This document shows positions 1-9,833 of a stretch of DNA of 58,423 bases, piece by piece. The DNA comes from Clostridia bacterium (GTDB lineage: Bacteria; Bacillota; Clostridia; TANB77; CAG-508). A program made the position numbers and the translations under genes. The stretch is from assembly GCA_045628105.1 (NCBI GenBank), contig JAZQOX010000021.1, positions 1-58,423 of the forward strand, written 5' to 3'. The notes under the pieces are model-generated. The model saw only the letters and a list, made by a program, of their open reading frames with translations. It had not been told where the DNA came from and did not search any database. Each line of letters starts with the position of its first letter. The stretch's first letter is position 1.

Positions 1-90
1 ACAAGTGAAGTTGCAGGATTTTCTGAAAGTATTATAAAAAAATATAATAAGACCAAAGAAATAAAAATAATAATTGTTCCACCTAAATGA
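1..90 (+). CDS. 3' end of an unidentified CDS entering from upstream
   Basis: Frame 1 is open from base 1 to TGA at 88-90 (..SESIIKKYNKTKEIKIIIVPPK*). Too short to name. Confidence 0.3.
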   Translation, partial: TSEVAGFSESIIKKYNKTKEIKIIIVPPK

Positions 91-145
91 ATGCATAAAA
101 ATAGTATATTTGGAAAAAATTTAATTAATAGTTTAGGGGGAAAAT

Positions 146-484
146 ATGGAATCAAACCAATTAAAAAATATGATTGTTTTGAAAAACTTACAATCAAATA
201 TTATTGATGAGGCATTTATAATTTTAAAAAATAACAAAAAAATAAAACTTAAAGAGAGAATTGAAAAGAAAGAAGATGGGGAAAGAGAGAAAGAAAAAAA
301 AGAAGAATATATAGTAAAAGAAGCTGAAATGGTTATAAATAGTTTTATGTCTGGAATAGAAAGAGAAAAACAGATAAAAAATAACGCAATGAAACTATTA
401 GAAAAAAAGTGTAAAAGATTAAAAATTGTTTCAATTATATTAGGTGTAATGCTGATATTAAACACTTTAGTAAATATGGCATAG
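146..484 (+). CDS. Small Lys/Glu-rich protein with C-terminal membrane anchor, function unknown
   Basis: ATG preceded by a GGGGG RBS. Charged coiled-coil-like body, then hydrophobic IVSIILGVMLILNTLV. Confidence 0.5.
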   Translation: MESNQLKNMIVLKNLQSNIIDEAFIILKNNKKIKLKERIEKKEDGEREKEKKEEYIVKEAEMVINSFMSGIEREKQIKNNAMKLLEKKCKRLKIVSIILGVMLILNTLVNMA

Positions 485-549
485 GAATAAACCTCTAAAA
501 TTTTGAATATATTTTAAAAAATGTATTCGAAAGATTAGGGGTGTTTTTT

Positions 550-1449
550 ATGGAAAAAATATTAAATTCTGATGAACGAATTCGAAGAGCAGAAGAAATA
601 TATGCAAGAAGAAAAATGTTATATGATAATAAAAAAAGTGCAACAGTAAATGTTGAAGGAAATCAGGAAAGATCACTTTCTAAAAAATTAATTATCCAAT
701 CAATAATATGCATAATGATATATGGGTGTTACTATGGAGTAAAAAACATGGCAAATTTTATTCCTGAAAATGTAATGTACAAAATATCAGATGTATTAGA
801 GTATGATATTAATATTCAGGAGCTAGGAGATAAATTGAATTCATACATAAAACAAATTGATAATGAAAATGAAATAGAAGAAAGAAAAATAGAGAATAGT
901 GAACAAGAAACCTTAGCAGCAACTGATATTGTGGGAGAGATTGAACTTGTGCAGGATACAGTTGAAAATGCATTAAAAGAAGATGAAAATCAAATTGAAT
1001 CAATGGAAGAAGATACAACAGAACTCAGCCAGATGGAAATTGATGCTAAGTATATTTTAGAAAATTACAGTCTTATAAAGCCATTGGAAGGGGAAATAAC
1101 TTCAAGATTTGGACCTAGAGAATCAAAGTATGCAAATGTATCAAAATACCATACTGGAATAGATATTGCAAGAGTTATTGGAACTGTTATTTGTTCAGCA
1201 ATGGATGGAGATGTAGAGCTTGTTTCAGATGAGGGATATTATGGAAAACACTTAAAAATAACAAACGGAGAAGTATCAACGCTATATGCGCATTGTAGCA
1301 AAATATATGTTCAAGAAGGAGAACATATAATGAAAGGACAACAAATAGCGGAAGTTGGAGATACAGGAAATGTTACGGGGCCACATTTACATTTTGAAAT
1401 CAGAAGAAATGATGTATATGTAGATCCAGACCTAATACTTAATTTTTAG
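550..1449 (+). CDS. Membrane-anchored M23 (LytM-type) metallopeptidase in the SpoIVFA position
   Basis: HTGIDIA and HLHFEIR metal-binding motifs, one N-terminal TM segment, directly upstream of a SpoIVFB-like gene. ATG 550 is preferred over GTG 541 on RBS spacing. Confidence 0.8.
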   Translation: MEKILNSDERIRRAEEIYARRKMLYDNKKSATVNVEGNQERSLSKKLIIQSIICIMIYGCYYGVKNMANFIPENVMYKISDVLEYDINIQELGDKLNSYIKQIDNENEIEERKIENSEQETLAATDIVGEIELVQDTVENALKEDENQIESMEEDTTELSQMEIDAKYILENYSLIKPLEGEITSRFGPRESKYANVSKYHTGIDIARVIGTVICSAMDGDVELVSDEGYYGKHLKITNGEVSTLYAHCSKIYVQEGEHIMKGQQIAEVGDTGNVTGPHLHFEIRRNDVYVDPDLILNF

Positions 1450-1461
1450 GAGATGTAAATT

Positions 1462-2073
1462 TTGAAAATTAAAGTTAATATACAAATTTTTGCAATAATA
1501 GGTTTATTATTTTTAACAAAACAGATAAAAATATATGCTGTGATTATGCTTTTTACACTACTTCATGAAATTGCTCACATGTGCGTAGGATTAATTTTAA
1601 AATTCAAACCTGAATCACTGGAAATACAGCCATTTGGAATCTCAATTAATTTTAAAAGTTTTGAAAAAGATGAAACAAAAATAATAGGTGTTGCTATAGC
1701 AGGCCCGATAGTAAATTTTGTTTTATCTATAATATTTTTCTTATTGAATACAAAGAATTCAGACATTATTGCATGTGCAAATTTGTTATTAGGATTATTT
1801 AATTTAATACCAATTTATCCACTTGATGGAGGAAGAATTTTAAAAGCTATTTTAAAAAAACGTAAAAGCAAAGAAAATACAGATTTTATTGTAAATAAAG
1901 TCTCAAATACTTTAATTATTGTATTTACTTTTATTTCAAGTTTTCTTATTTTGTTTTATAAAAATCTAGGGCTATTATTAGCAATATCATATTTATGGAT
2001 AATAGTAATTAGGGAACACAATAGATATTTAATAAAAAAGAGAGTATATACAATAATAAACAAAAATAACTAA
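1462..2073 (+). CDS. spoIVFB: Site-2 (M50) intramembrane metalloprotease, SpoIVFB-like
   Basis: HEIAH zinc motif and LIPIYPLDGGR motif in a polytopic membrane protein. AGGAG RBS 9 nt before the TTG start. Confidence 0.75.
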   Translation: MKIKVNIQIFAIIGLLFLTKQIKIYAVIMLFTLLHEIAHMCVGLILKFKPESLEIQPFGISINFKSFEKDETKIIGVAIAGPIVNFVLSIIFFLLNTKNSDIIACANLLLGLFNLIPIYPLDGGRILKAILKKRKSKENTDFIVNKVSNTLIIVFTFISSFLILFYKNLGLLLAISYLWIIVIREHNRYLIKKRVYTIINKNN

Positions 2074-2158
2074 AAAATATTGCAAAAAAATGAAATATGT
2101 AATATAGTAAAGGTGTACTAAAATACTATTTTTCATAAAGATAAAAGGAGTGAATCAA

Positions 2159-2593
2159 ATGAAGAAACTAAAAAGTGAAAAAGGCATAACTTTAATAATG
2201 GTACTTATAGTTATAGTAGTTATTGCAATTTTAACGAGTGCAGCAGTTAGCCATATAGATATAGGAAAAGATATAAAAGATTATAACTATATGTGTGCAG
2301 ATATAGAAATTTTGAAAAATAAAATAACAATGTATTATAATAACAACAATTGTTTACCAGTTAAAGGTTCAGCATTTAATGCAAAATCAATGTTAGAAGA
2401 CCAAGCTTCAACTAAAGATAATGATAACTATTATGTGATAGATATGGGAAAAATAAGCAATGTTACATTAAACTATGGTGGTGGAGATATAAATAATAAA
2501 AATATTTATATTATTAACGAAAAAACACATAATGTTTACTATTTAAATGGTATAAAATATGATGGTACAGTATATTATAAAAAATTTAAATAA
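2159..2593 (+). CDS. Prepilin-like (class III signal peptide-like) small secreted protein
   Basis: N-terminus MKKLKSEKG/ITLIMVLIVIVVIAILT resembles a prepilin leader plus hydrophobic helix but lacks Glu at +5. AAGGAG RBS. Confidence 0.5.
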   Translation: MKKLKSEKGITLIMVLIVIVVIAILTSAAVSHIDIGKDIKDYNYMCADIEILKNKITMYYNNNNCLPVKGSAFNAKSMLEDQASTKDNDNYYVIDMGKISNVTLNYGGGDINNKNIYIINEKTHNVYYLNGIKYDGTVYYKKFK

Positions 2594-2621
2594 AAGAACG
2601 TTCCCTTGGGAACGTTTTTTT
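2592..2621. terminator. Bidirectional intrinsic terminator between convergent genes
   Basis: Hairpin AACGTTCC/GGAACGTT flanked by an A-run and a T-run. Confidence 0.7.
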
Positions 2622-2623
2622 AT

Positions 2624-4541
2624 TTAAAAAATAATGTTATAGAATAATGTAGTAAACATACAAAGTATTATCCCGCATATTGTTGGTAATACAAAACCCA
2701 GAAAAGTCCACTTCCAGCTTTTGGTTTCTTTTTTTATAGTAATAAGAGTGGTGCTACAAGGAAAATGAAGTAAACAAAAAATCATTGCATTTATTCCAGT
2801 TAGAATAGTCCAACCATTTTGAGTAAGTATTGTTGCAATTGAAGATATATCAGTAATATTTACTAAACTTCCACCAGCTATATAACTCATTAAAATAATA
2901 GGCAAAACAATTTCATTAGCAGGGAAACCAAGAATAAATGCTAACAGAATATAACCATCAAAACCAATTATCTTTGCAAATGGGTCTATAAAGGTTGCAA
3001 TAGATGTTAAAATTGAGGTTCCTCCTAAATTTATATTAGCTAAAAGCCATATAATAAGACCGGTTGGAGCTGCAACGGCAATTGCTCTTCCAAGGACGAA
3101 TAAAGTTCTATCAAATATTGAGCGTACTATAATTTTACCTAATTGTGGCTTTCTATATGGTGGAAGTTCCAAAACAAAAGAAGACGGTATTCCTTTTAAA
3201 AATGTTTTTGAAAGGAATTTAGAAACAAGTAGAGTCATGTAAATTCCAAATAATATTAGCAATAATACAAATACTGTTGAAGCAATAGATGAATATGGTT
3301 TTGCAAAAAAACTACCTATAAAGATTGTAGACATTGTTATTAAAAATGGAAAACGTCCATTACAAGGGACAAAATTATTAGTTAAAATTGCTATTAATCT
3401 CTCTCTAGGTGAATCTATAATTCTGCAGCCAATGATTCCTGCACTATTACAACCAAACCCCATACACATTGTTAAAGCTTGCTTTCCTGATGTACAACAT
3501 TTTTTAAAACATTTATCTAAGTTAAATGCTATTCTGGGTAAATAGCCAAGATCTTCAAGAAATGTGAAAAGTGGAAAGAAAATTGCCATAGGTGGTAGCA
3601 TAACAGAAACAACCCAGGACAGTGTTCTATATATACCATCAACTATAATACTTTTAAGCCAAAATGGGGAAGAAAAAAAGTCTAATAAAATAATAATTTT
3701 TTGTTCTAAAAATGCAAAAAAATTAGATAATAATCTTGATGGATAATTTGCACCAACAATTGTAATCCAAAAGATAACTCCTAAAAATAAAATCATAATA
3801 GGTATTCCGTATTTTTTAGAAGTTAATATTTGGTCAATTTTTTTATCGCGTAGACTGGAAGACGACGATTTAAAAGATGTAACTTTACTTGCGACAAATT
3901 CTGCTTTTTTTATTATATTTTGTACATTGTCAGATTCATCAACCTTATTTGGTGTACACTTAATTTTTCCTGAGGCAACGTCATCAATTTTTGAAAGTAG
4001 ATATTTTAATGTTTGCTTCTTTCGCGCAATTGTACCTACAACAGGAACACCTAAAATTTTACTTAGTTTAGATAAATCTATGTAAATTCCTTTTAAATTT
4101 GCTTCATCAAGTAAATTGACACAAACAATGATATTACTCGTTAATTCCATTGTTTGATAAACTAAGTTTAAATTTCTTTCTAGGCAGGTAGCATCCACTA
4201 CAACAACTGTAACATTAGGATTTTCAGAGCAAAGATAATTTTTTGCTATTTCTTCTTCTTGAGAATTTGAGTGTAATGAGTATGTTCCAGGCAAATCAAC
4301 AAGAAAAAAAGTTTTTTTATTGTACTTGCAAATTCCTGCAGCATTAGAAACGGTTTTCCCGAGGCCAATTTCCAGTGTGTTGATGAAGACCGGTTAAACC
4401 ATTAAAAACAGTACTTTTCCCAACATTTGGATTTCCTGTAATTGCAATGGTATAATTACAATTATTAATTTTTTCAAATAAGTTTTTTTCAATAAGTTTA
4501 GAACCCATAGAATTTTTGGTTAGTCCCATAAAAACCTCCAT
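2624..4541 (-). CDS. feoB: Ferrous iron transporter FeoB, interrupted by one +1 frame break at an in-frame CGG
   Basis: G-domain motifs [13 protein letters not shown] and DLPGTYSL, then a long polytopic permease part. Codons 4541..4362 and 4360..2624 join only if C at 4361 is skipped. Standard pipelines would call it frameshifted. Confidence 0.85.
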
Positions 4542-4668
4542 AAATGAAAATTTGTATAGTATATTTATTTTAAATGATAAATGTGAATAAATATTGACTT
4601 GAATAATTAAAATGTGATATTATTCGAATAATGGAATAATATCCTAAATTTTAGAAGAGGTGGAGAAA

Positions 4669-6180
4669 ATGGACGAAGAAAGTTTTGAAATGAAGCCAAA
4701 AAAGAAAATTGGTTTCTTAATTGCGATTGCAATAATCGCAGTAGTTGCAATAATTGCAGCAGTAGCATTTTTATTTATTAATAACAAGCCAGAAAAAATT
4801 TTTGAAAGTAAAATCAAAAAAGCTTTTTCAATGGCAGAAAAGGAATTTGAAGATGTAAATTCTGAGAGAATAAGCTTAGAATTAACAGCTGATGTAGAAT
4901 CTAATGATGCATCAATAATTATGGCAAGTACAATGATAAAAGCTGCAAAATTAAAATCAGTTACGGAAGTTGATATGAGTAAAAAAATATTCAATCAAAG
5001 TTTATCAGCATCTTATGATGGAACAAGTGTATTAGATGCAAGTGCATTAATACAAAATGAACAAATTTATTTATACTTAAACGAATTGTTTGGAAAATAT
5101 ATTGATTTAACAGAATATATTGATGACGAAATAGATTTAAGTCAATTATTTGCAGAAACAGACGTTAAAGCAAGCAAACAGCTATTAGAAGATATTGAAG
5201 ATACTCTTGTAGATACAATTAAATCAAAAGATCTTGAACAAGAAAAAGATGAAGTAAATGGTAAAAAAGTTACAAAAACAACATGTACTCTATCAAATAA
5301 AGAAGTATTACAATTAGTTAAAGAAATTATAAAAGATTTACAAGATAACATAGAAGATAAAGATACTAAAGATATGTTAAAAGATACACTAGAAGAGATA
5401 GATTATGAATTAAAAAAGGGATATTTCAGTGAGAAAAATTATCTAGAAATTTCTTTCTATACAAAAGGAATAAAAAATGATCTTGTAAAATTTGAAATGA
5501 AAGTATATACCGAAGGAAAAGAAACCTTAAAATTTGAAGCTATTAAAGATGATAAAAAAACAACAATCCAAATTACAGCAGACGGTGTTTTAATGGCTGC
5601 AGTTGTAACAAAAGATAAAAAAGAAACAAATATTGATTTTTATATAAATCCATACGGACCAAAATTAAGTTCTGCAATAAAAATTGCAACAATGAATGTG
5701 ATGGAAGAAAATAAAAATGAGGGTACAATTAAATTAAAAGTATATGCTGGGGATGTAATGTCTCAAGTAGATTCAGGCTATAAAAATACAAAACTTGATG
5801 TTACTTTAAATATTAAGTACAAAATTGAGTTGAATTGCAAAATAGAAAAGAAAGATGTATCAAAGAGTATTAAAATTGATGATATATCTGAAGAAGATTT
5901 AAATGAAATATTAGAAAATGCAAAGAAAAATCCATTATTAAATGGTATTATAAATTCAATGATTAACTCTGCAATATTGAATGACGCGAAAACAGCAGCG
6001 GAACAATATAAAGCAAATACAACGGATACACCAGAATTTATAAATATTAACGAAATAGACATGAATGGTGATTTAAATAGTATTATTGAAGATTTTAATA
6101 ATAGATATGGTAGCGACTGGATGGACGAAACAGAAGAAAACTATCTAGATGACTACATTATGGACATCAGAGGATATTAA
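4669..6180 (+). CDS. Membrane-anchored protein of unknown function
   Basis: Long ORF with N-terminal TM (IGFLIAIAIIAVVAIIAAVAFLFI), a GAGG RBS 8 nt upstream and a terminator downstream. Confidence 0.6.
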   Translation: MDEESFEMKPKKKIGFLIAIAIIAVVAIIAAVAFLFINNKPEKIFESKIKKAFSMAEKEFEDVNSERISLELTADVESNDASIIMASTMIKAAKLKSVTEVDMSKKIFNQSLSASYDGTSVLDASALIQNEQIYLYLNELFGKYIDLTEYIDDEIDLSQLFAETDVKASKQLLEDIEDTLVDTIKSKDLEQEKDEVNGKKVTKTTCTLSNKEVLQLVKEIIKDLQDNIEDKDTKDMLKDTLEEIDYELKKGYFSEKNYLEISFYTKGIKNDLVKFEMKVYTEGKETLKFEAIKDDKKTTIQITADGVLMAAVVTKDKKETNIDFYINPYGPKLSSAIKIATMNVMEENKNEGTIKLKVYAGDVMSQVDSGYKNTKLDVTLNIKYKIELNCKIEKKDVSKSIKIDDISEEDLNEILENAKKNPLLNGIINSMINSAILNDAKTAAEQYKANTTDTPEFININEIDMNGDLNSIIEDFNNRYGSDWMDETEENYLDDYIMDIRGY

Positions 6181-6197
6181 AAATAATATAATCGAAT

Positions 6198-6227
6198 GAG
6201 GCGGATAAATGATCCGCCTCATATTTT
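6198..6227 (+). terminator. Intrinsic terminator
   Basis: GAGGCGGAT/ATCCGCCTC hairpin followed by a T-rich tract. Confidence 0.75.
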
Positions 6228-6239
6228 AAAGGAGAAAAA

Positions 6240-7013
6240 ATGAAATTATTTGATTCACATGCACATTACAATGATGAGAAATTTGATGATGATAGAGAAA
6301 TTATTTTAAGTAACATATTTGAAGCAGATGTTAGTAAAATAGTAAATGATGGATACAGTATGGAAAGCTCTAAAAAAGCAATAGAAATAGCAAGCAAACA
6401 TGAAAACATTTATGCAACTATTGGGGTTTCACCAAATGATATAGAAAACTTAGACAGCGATTATATAGAACAATTAGAAAAAATGGCACGTAATAATAAA
6501 GTTGTTGCAATTGGCGAAATTGGATTAGACTATTATTGGAATAAAGAAAATAAAGAAAAACAAAAAGAAGTTTTTATAAAACAAATAGAATTAGCAAATA
6601 AACTTAATTTACCAATAGTAATTCATACAAGAGAAGCGGTAATGGATACTATAGATATATTAAAGAATAAAATTGAATGTAAGAAAAAAGGTGTATTTCA
6701 TTGCTGCCCACTAAATATAGAACTTGTTAAAGAAGCTTTAAAACTTGGATTTTATATATCTTTTGCTGGTCCAGTAACATTTAAAAGCTCTAAAAATGCA
6801 AATGAAGTTGTAAATTTTGTTCCACTTGATAGGATACTTATTGAAACAGATTCTCCATACTTAAGTCCAGAACCTGTTAGAGGAACAAGAAATGATTCAC
6901 GAAATGTAAAATTTATTGCAGAAAAAATTGCAAATTTAAGAAATATTTCAATAGAAGAAGTTGCAAAAATAACATTCGAAAATACAAGCAGAATATTTTC
7001 AATTAATAACTAA
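6240..7013 (+). CDS. tatD: TatD-family metal-dependent DNase/hydrolase (YabD-like)
   Basis: N-terminal FDSHAHY, GEIGLDY, IHTR and ETDSPYL motifs typical of TatD. Confidence 0.9.
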   Translation: MKLFDSHAHYNDEKFDDDREIILSNIFEADVSKIVNDGYSMESSKKAIEIASKHENIYATIGVSPNDIENLDSDYIEQLEKMARNNKVVAIGEIGLDYYWNKENKEKQKEVFIKQIELANKLNLPIVIHTREAVMDTIDILKNKIECKKKGVFHCCPLNIELVKEALKLGFYISFAGPVTFKSSKNANEVVNFVPLDRILIETDSPYLSPEPVRGTRNDSRNVKFIAEKIANLRNISIEEVAKITFENTSRIFSINN

Positions 7014-7126
7014 AAATAAGTCGAAAAAGCAAATTAAAAAATTGTAAAACCCTTTTCTCCGTAAGAATATTTTAGTACAAGCAGCATATAATATAAAAAA
7101 GAGAACTAGAAAAATATTACAGAAAT

Positions 7127-7155
7127 TTGACAAATCTTTCTAAAAATTGTATAAT
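7127..7155 (+). promoter_or_regulatory. Sigma-A type promoter
   Basis: TTGACA (7127-7132), 17-nt spacer, TATAAT (7150-7155), about 35 nt before the next start codon. Confidence 0.7.
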
Positions 7156-7190
7156 AAAAAAGGTGAGTCCAAGGGGGGATTTTATAATAT

Positions 7191-8117
7191 ATGATGAGTT
7201 ATTTAAGATCTTCTAATGTGAAAAAAATAGTAATTATTGGAATAATATTTTTTGCTTTTACTTTAGGGATATCAGTACTTGCTGGAAATGTTAAACTTAA
7301 TAATGTAAATATAAAGTTTTCAAATAAACATGAAATTACAATTATAACTTCAAAAACAAAAGTTGGAGATATATTAAAAGAAAATCATATAGAATTAGAA
7401 GAAGATGAAACTGTAATGCCTGCACTTGATGCGGAAATTACAAATACAAAAACAATAATAATATCAAAAAAAGGTGAAGAACCATCAAAAGCATCTGAAA
7501 GTGTTATTACAGAAATTGATAAAGAAAAATTATTAGAAGATTACACAAATCTTACAGAAAAAATAGAAACAGTTATTGAAGAAATACCATTTAACACAGT
7601 AACAAAAGACGTTTCTAATGGAGCAGCATCAACTAGAAATGCAATAATACAAAATGGTCAAAATGGTCAAAAAAGAGTAACATACAAAGTAACATATAAA
7701 GATAATATAGAATTAATAAGAGAAAAATTATCTCAAGAAATAATTAAAGAACCAGTTGATAAAATAGTTCAGGTTCAAACAAAATCTGTTATAACATCAA
7801 GAAACTTATATACAAGAACATCAGGAATTTCAGGACAAAGTGGAGTTTATAAAGTTACAGCATATTGTGCTTGTATGCAATGTTGTGGTAAAACAAATGG
7901 AATAACGGCATCAGGAACACATGCTACTGCAAATAGAACAATTGCAGCTCCAAGTACATTTAAATTTGGTACAAAAGTTGTAATTAATGGGATTACATAT
8001 ACTGTAGAGGACAGAGGTGGAGCAATCCAAGGAAATAGAATTGACGTATATATGAATTCACACCAAGAAGCATTACAATGGGGAGTAAGATATTTAGAAG
8101 TTGAAGTTTTAAATTAA
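7191..8117 (+). CDS. YabE/RpfB-like cell-wall protein (DUF348/G5 region plus C-terminal 3D domain)
   Basis: N-terminal TM and a G5-like middle. The C-terminus VTAYCACMQCCGKTNGITASG...GNRIDVYM is typical of 3D/RlpA-like domains. It follows tatD as yabE does in Bacillus. Confidence 0.75.
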   Translation: MMSYLRSSNVKKIVIIGIIFFAFTLGISVLAGNVKLNNVNIKFSNKHEITIITSKTKVGDILKENHIELEEDETVMPALDAEITNTKTIIISKKGEEPSKASESVITEIDKEKLLEDYTNLTEKIETVIEEIPFNTVTKDVSNGAASTRNAIIQNGQNGQKRVTYKVTYKDNIELIREKLSQEIIKEPVDKIVQVQTKSVITSRNLYTRTSGISGQSGVYKVTAYCACMQCCGKTNGITASGTHATANRTIAAPSTFKFGTKVVINGITYTVEDRGGAIQGNRIDVYMNSHQEALQWGVRYLEVEVLN

Positions 8118-8128
8118 TAATACAGAAC

Positions 8129-8156
8129 AAGAACATCTGAGGATGTTCTTATTTTG
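8129..8156 (+). terminator. Intrinsic terminator
   Basis: AAGAACATC/GATGTTCTT hairpin plus T-tract. Confidence 0.75.
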
Positions 8157-8164
8157 TATTAACA

Positions 8165-8181
8165 TGTCGAATTTTGTCGAA
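8165..8181 (+). promoter_or_regulatory. Two tandem Spo0A-box-like heptamers
   Basis: TGTCGAA at 8165-8171 and 8175-8181 (10-bp phasing), just upstream of a TTGCAT -35-like hexamer at 8191-8196. Confidence 0.35.
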
Positions 8182-8295
8182 CGTTTTTTCTTGCATTTAG
8201 ATTTGTTTTATGATATATAAGTTGTATAATTTTAAATTCAATTAATTTATTTCAAGACATTTCGTCTAAAATTTCCAGATTTTTTAGGAGGAAAA

Positions 8296-9832
8296 ATGTT
8301 ATCTATAATTAAAAGTATGGCTTTAAATGGACTAGAAGGATATCTAGTTGATGTACAGGTTGATGTTTCAAGTGGGTTACCATCATGGGAAGTAGTTCGG
8401 TTTGCCAGATACAAGTGTTAAAGAATCAAAGGAGAGAGTAAAAACTGCAATAAAGAATTCAGAAGTTGAATTTCAAAGCAAAAAGATTGTTGTTAATTTA
8501 GCTCCTGCAGACACAAAAAAGGAAGGCTCAAGTTTCGATTTACCAATTGCAATTGGAATATTATTTTCGATGGAGGAAATAAAGAAGCAAAATATAAAAA
8601 ATACAATTTTTATTGGTGAATTGTCATTGGATGGTTCAATAAATAGAGTAAATGGAATACTTCCAATGTGTATTGAAGCAAAAAGATTTGGGATAAAACG
8701 AGCAATTGTTCCAGAAGAAAATGCAAAAGAGGCGGGAATTGTTACAGGAGTTGAAATATTACCGGCCAAAAGTTTAAGACAAGTAATAAATTTTTTAAAT
8801 GATGAAGAAGATATAAAAAAAATAAATGTTGATACAAGTGAATTTTTTAGAGAAAATAGAAAGTATAATTTTGACTTTTCAGAGGTAAAGGGACAAGAAA
8901 ATATAAAAAGGGCGTTAGAAATTGCTGCGGCAGGTGCACACAATTGCTTGTTAATAGGTAGCCCAGGATCGGGTAAAACTATGCTTGCTAGAAGAATACC
9001 AAGTATTTTGCCGGATTTAACATTTGAGGAAGCACTTGAAATTACAAAAATTCATAGTATTGCAGGAACATTAAAAAGTGATGTCCCATTAATTTCAACA
9101 AGACCTTTTAGGGCACCACATCACACCGTTTCGGCAGTATCACTGGTTGGTGGAGGCAGAATTCCTAAACCAGGAGAAATAAGTTTATCACATTATGGTG
9201 TACTATTTTTAGATGAACTTACAGAATTTCAAAAGCATACACTTGAAGTATTAAGAGGACCATTAGAAGACCGACAGGTAACAGTATCAAGAGTAAATGG
9301 AACTTTTACATATCCTGCTAATTTTATGTTTGCGGCAAGTATGAATCCATGTCCATGTGGGTATTATGGATCTAAAGAAAAAGAGTGTACATGTACTCCA
9401 ACAATGATTACAAAATATATGAGTAAAATAAGTGGTCCATTATTAGATAGAATTGATATTTGTATAGAAGTTTGCCCTGTAAAATATGAAAAACTTGATT
9501 CAGAAGAAAAAATAGAAACATCAGAAGAAATAAAAAGAAGAGTAGATAAAGCGAGAAAAATTCAAATGGAGAGATACAATGAATGTAATATTTTATCAAA
9601 TTCAGAATTAACTCCAAAATTAATTGAAAAGTATTGTAAATTAGATGAAAACGGAAAAAAGATTCTCGAAAATGCATTTAATAAATTGAAATTAAGTGCA
9701 AGGGCATATGGAAGAATTTTAAAAGTAGCTAGAACAATAGCAGATTTAGATGAAAGCGAAAAGATAGAGGTAAAACATATTGCAGAAGCAATACAATATA
9801 GATCTATAGATAGAAAATATTGGAGCAATTAA
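8296..9832 (+). CDS. comM: YifB/ComM family Mg-chelatase-like ATPase, interrupted by one +1 frame break at an in-frame CGG
   Basis: GGAGG RBS. N-terminal LNGLEGYLVDVQVDVSSGLPSWEVV continues as GLPDTSVKESKERV only if C at 8398 is skipped. Walker A GSPGSGKT and LFLDEL are present. Confidence 0.85.
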
Positions 9833-9833
9833 T

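Noticed and set aside
133-465. Antisense or shadow ORFs throughout the track. Examples: 133..465, 4644..4994, 8473..8943, 19345..19785, 19989..20555, 25158..25460, 26231..26602, 27597..27962, 34052..34489, 38606..39043, 39178..39612, 41744..42223 and 43355..43747, plus the + strand ORFs inside the NAD island such as 48057..48677.
   Set aside because: They lie opposite or out of frame to genes with clear family motifs. They have low-complexity F/L/I/S-rich translations typical of AT-rich shadow frames, and no RBS.
4304-4318. The A7/T7 homopolymer run, considered as the cause of the feoB frameshift.
   Set aside because: Translating through it in the downstream frame gives a sensible sequence ([14 protein letters not shown]). 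The frame change is 43 nt further 5' on the coding strand, at the CCT-C-GGG site (4361).
7156-7190. A possible cyclic-di-AMP (ydaO-type) riboswitch upstream of the yabE-like gene, and a T-box upstream of thrS (39861..39913).
   Set aside because: The leaders are only about 35 nt and 53 nt, far too short for either RNA class.
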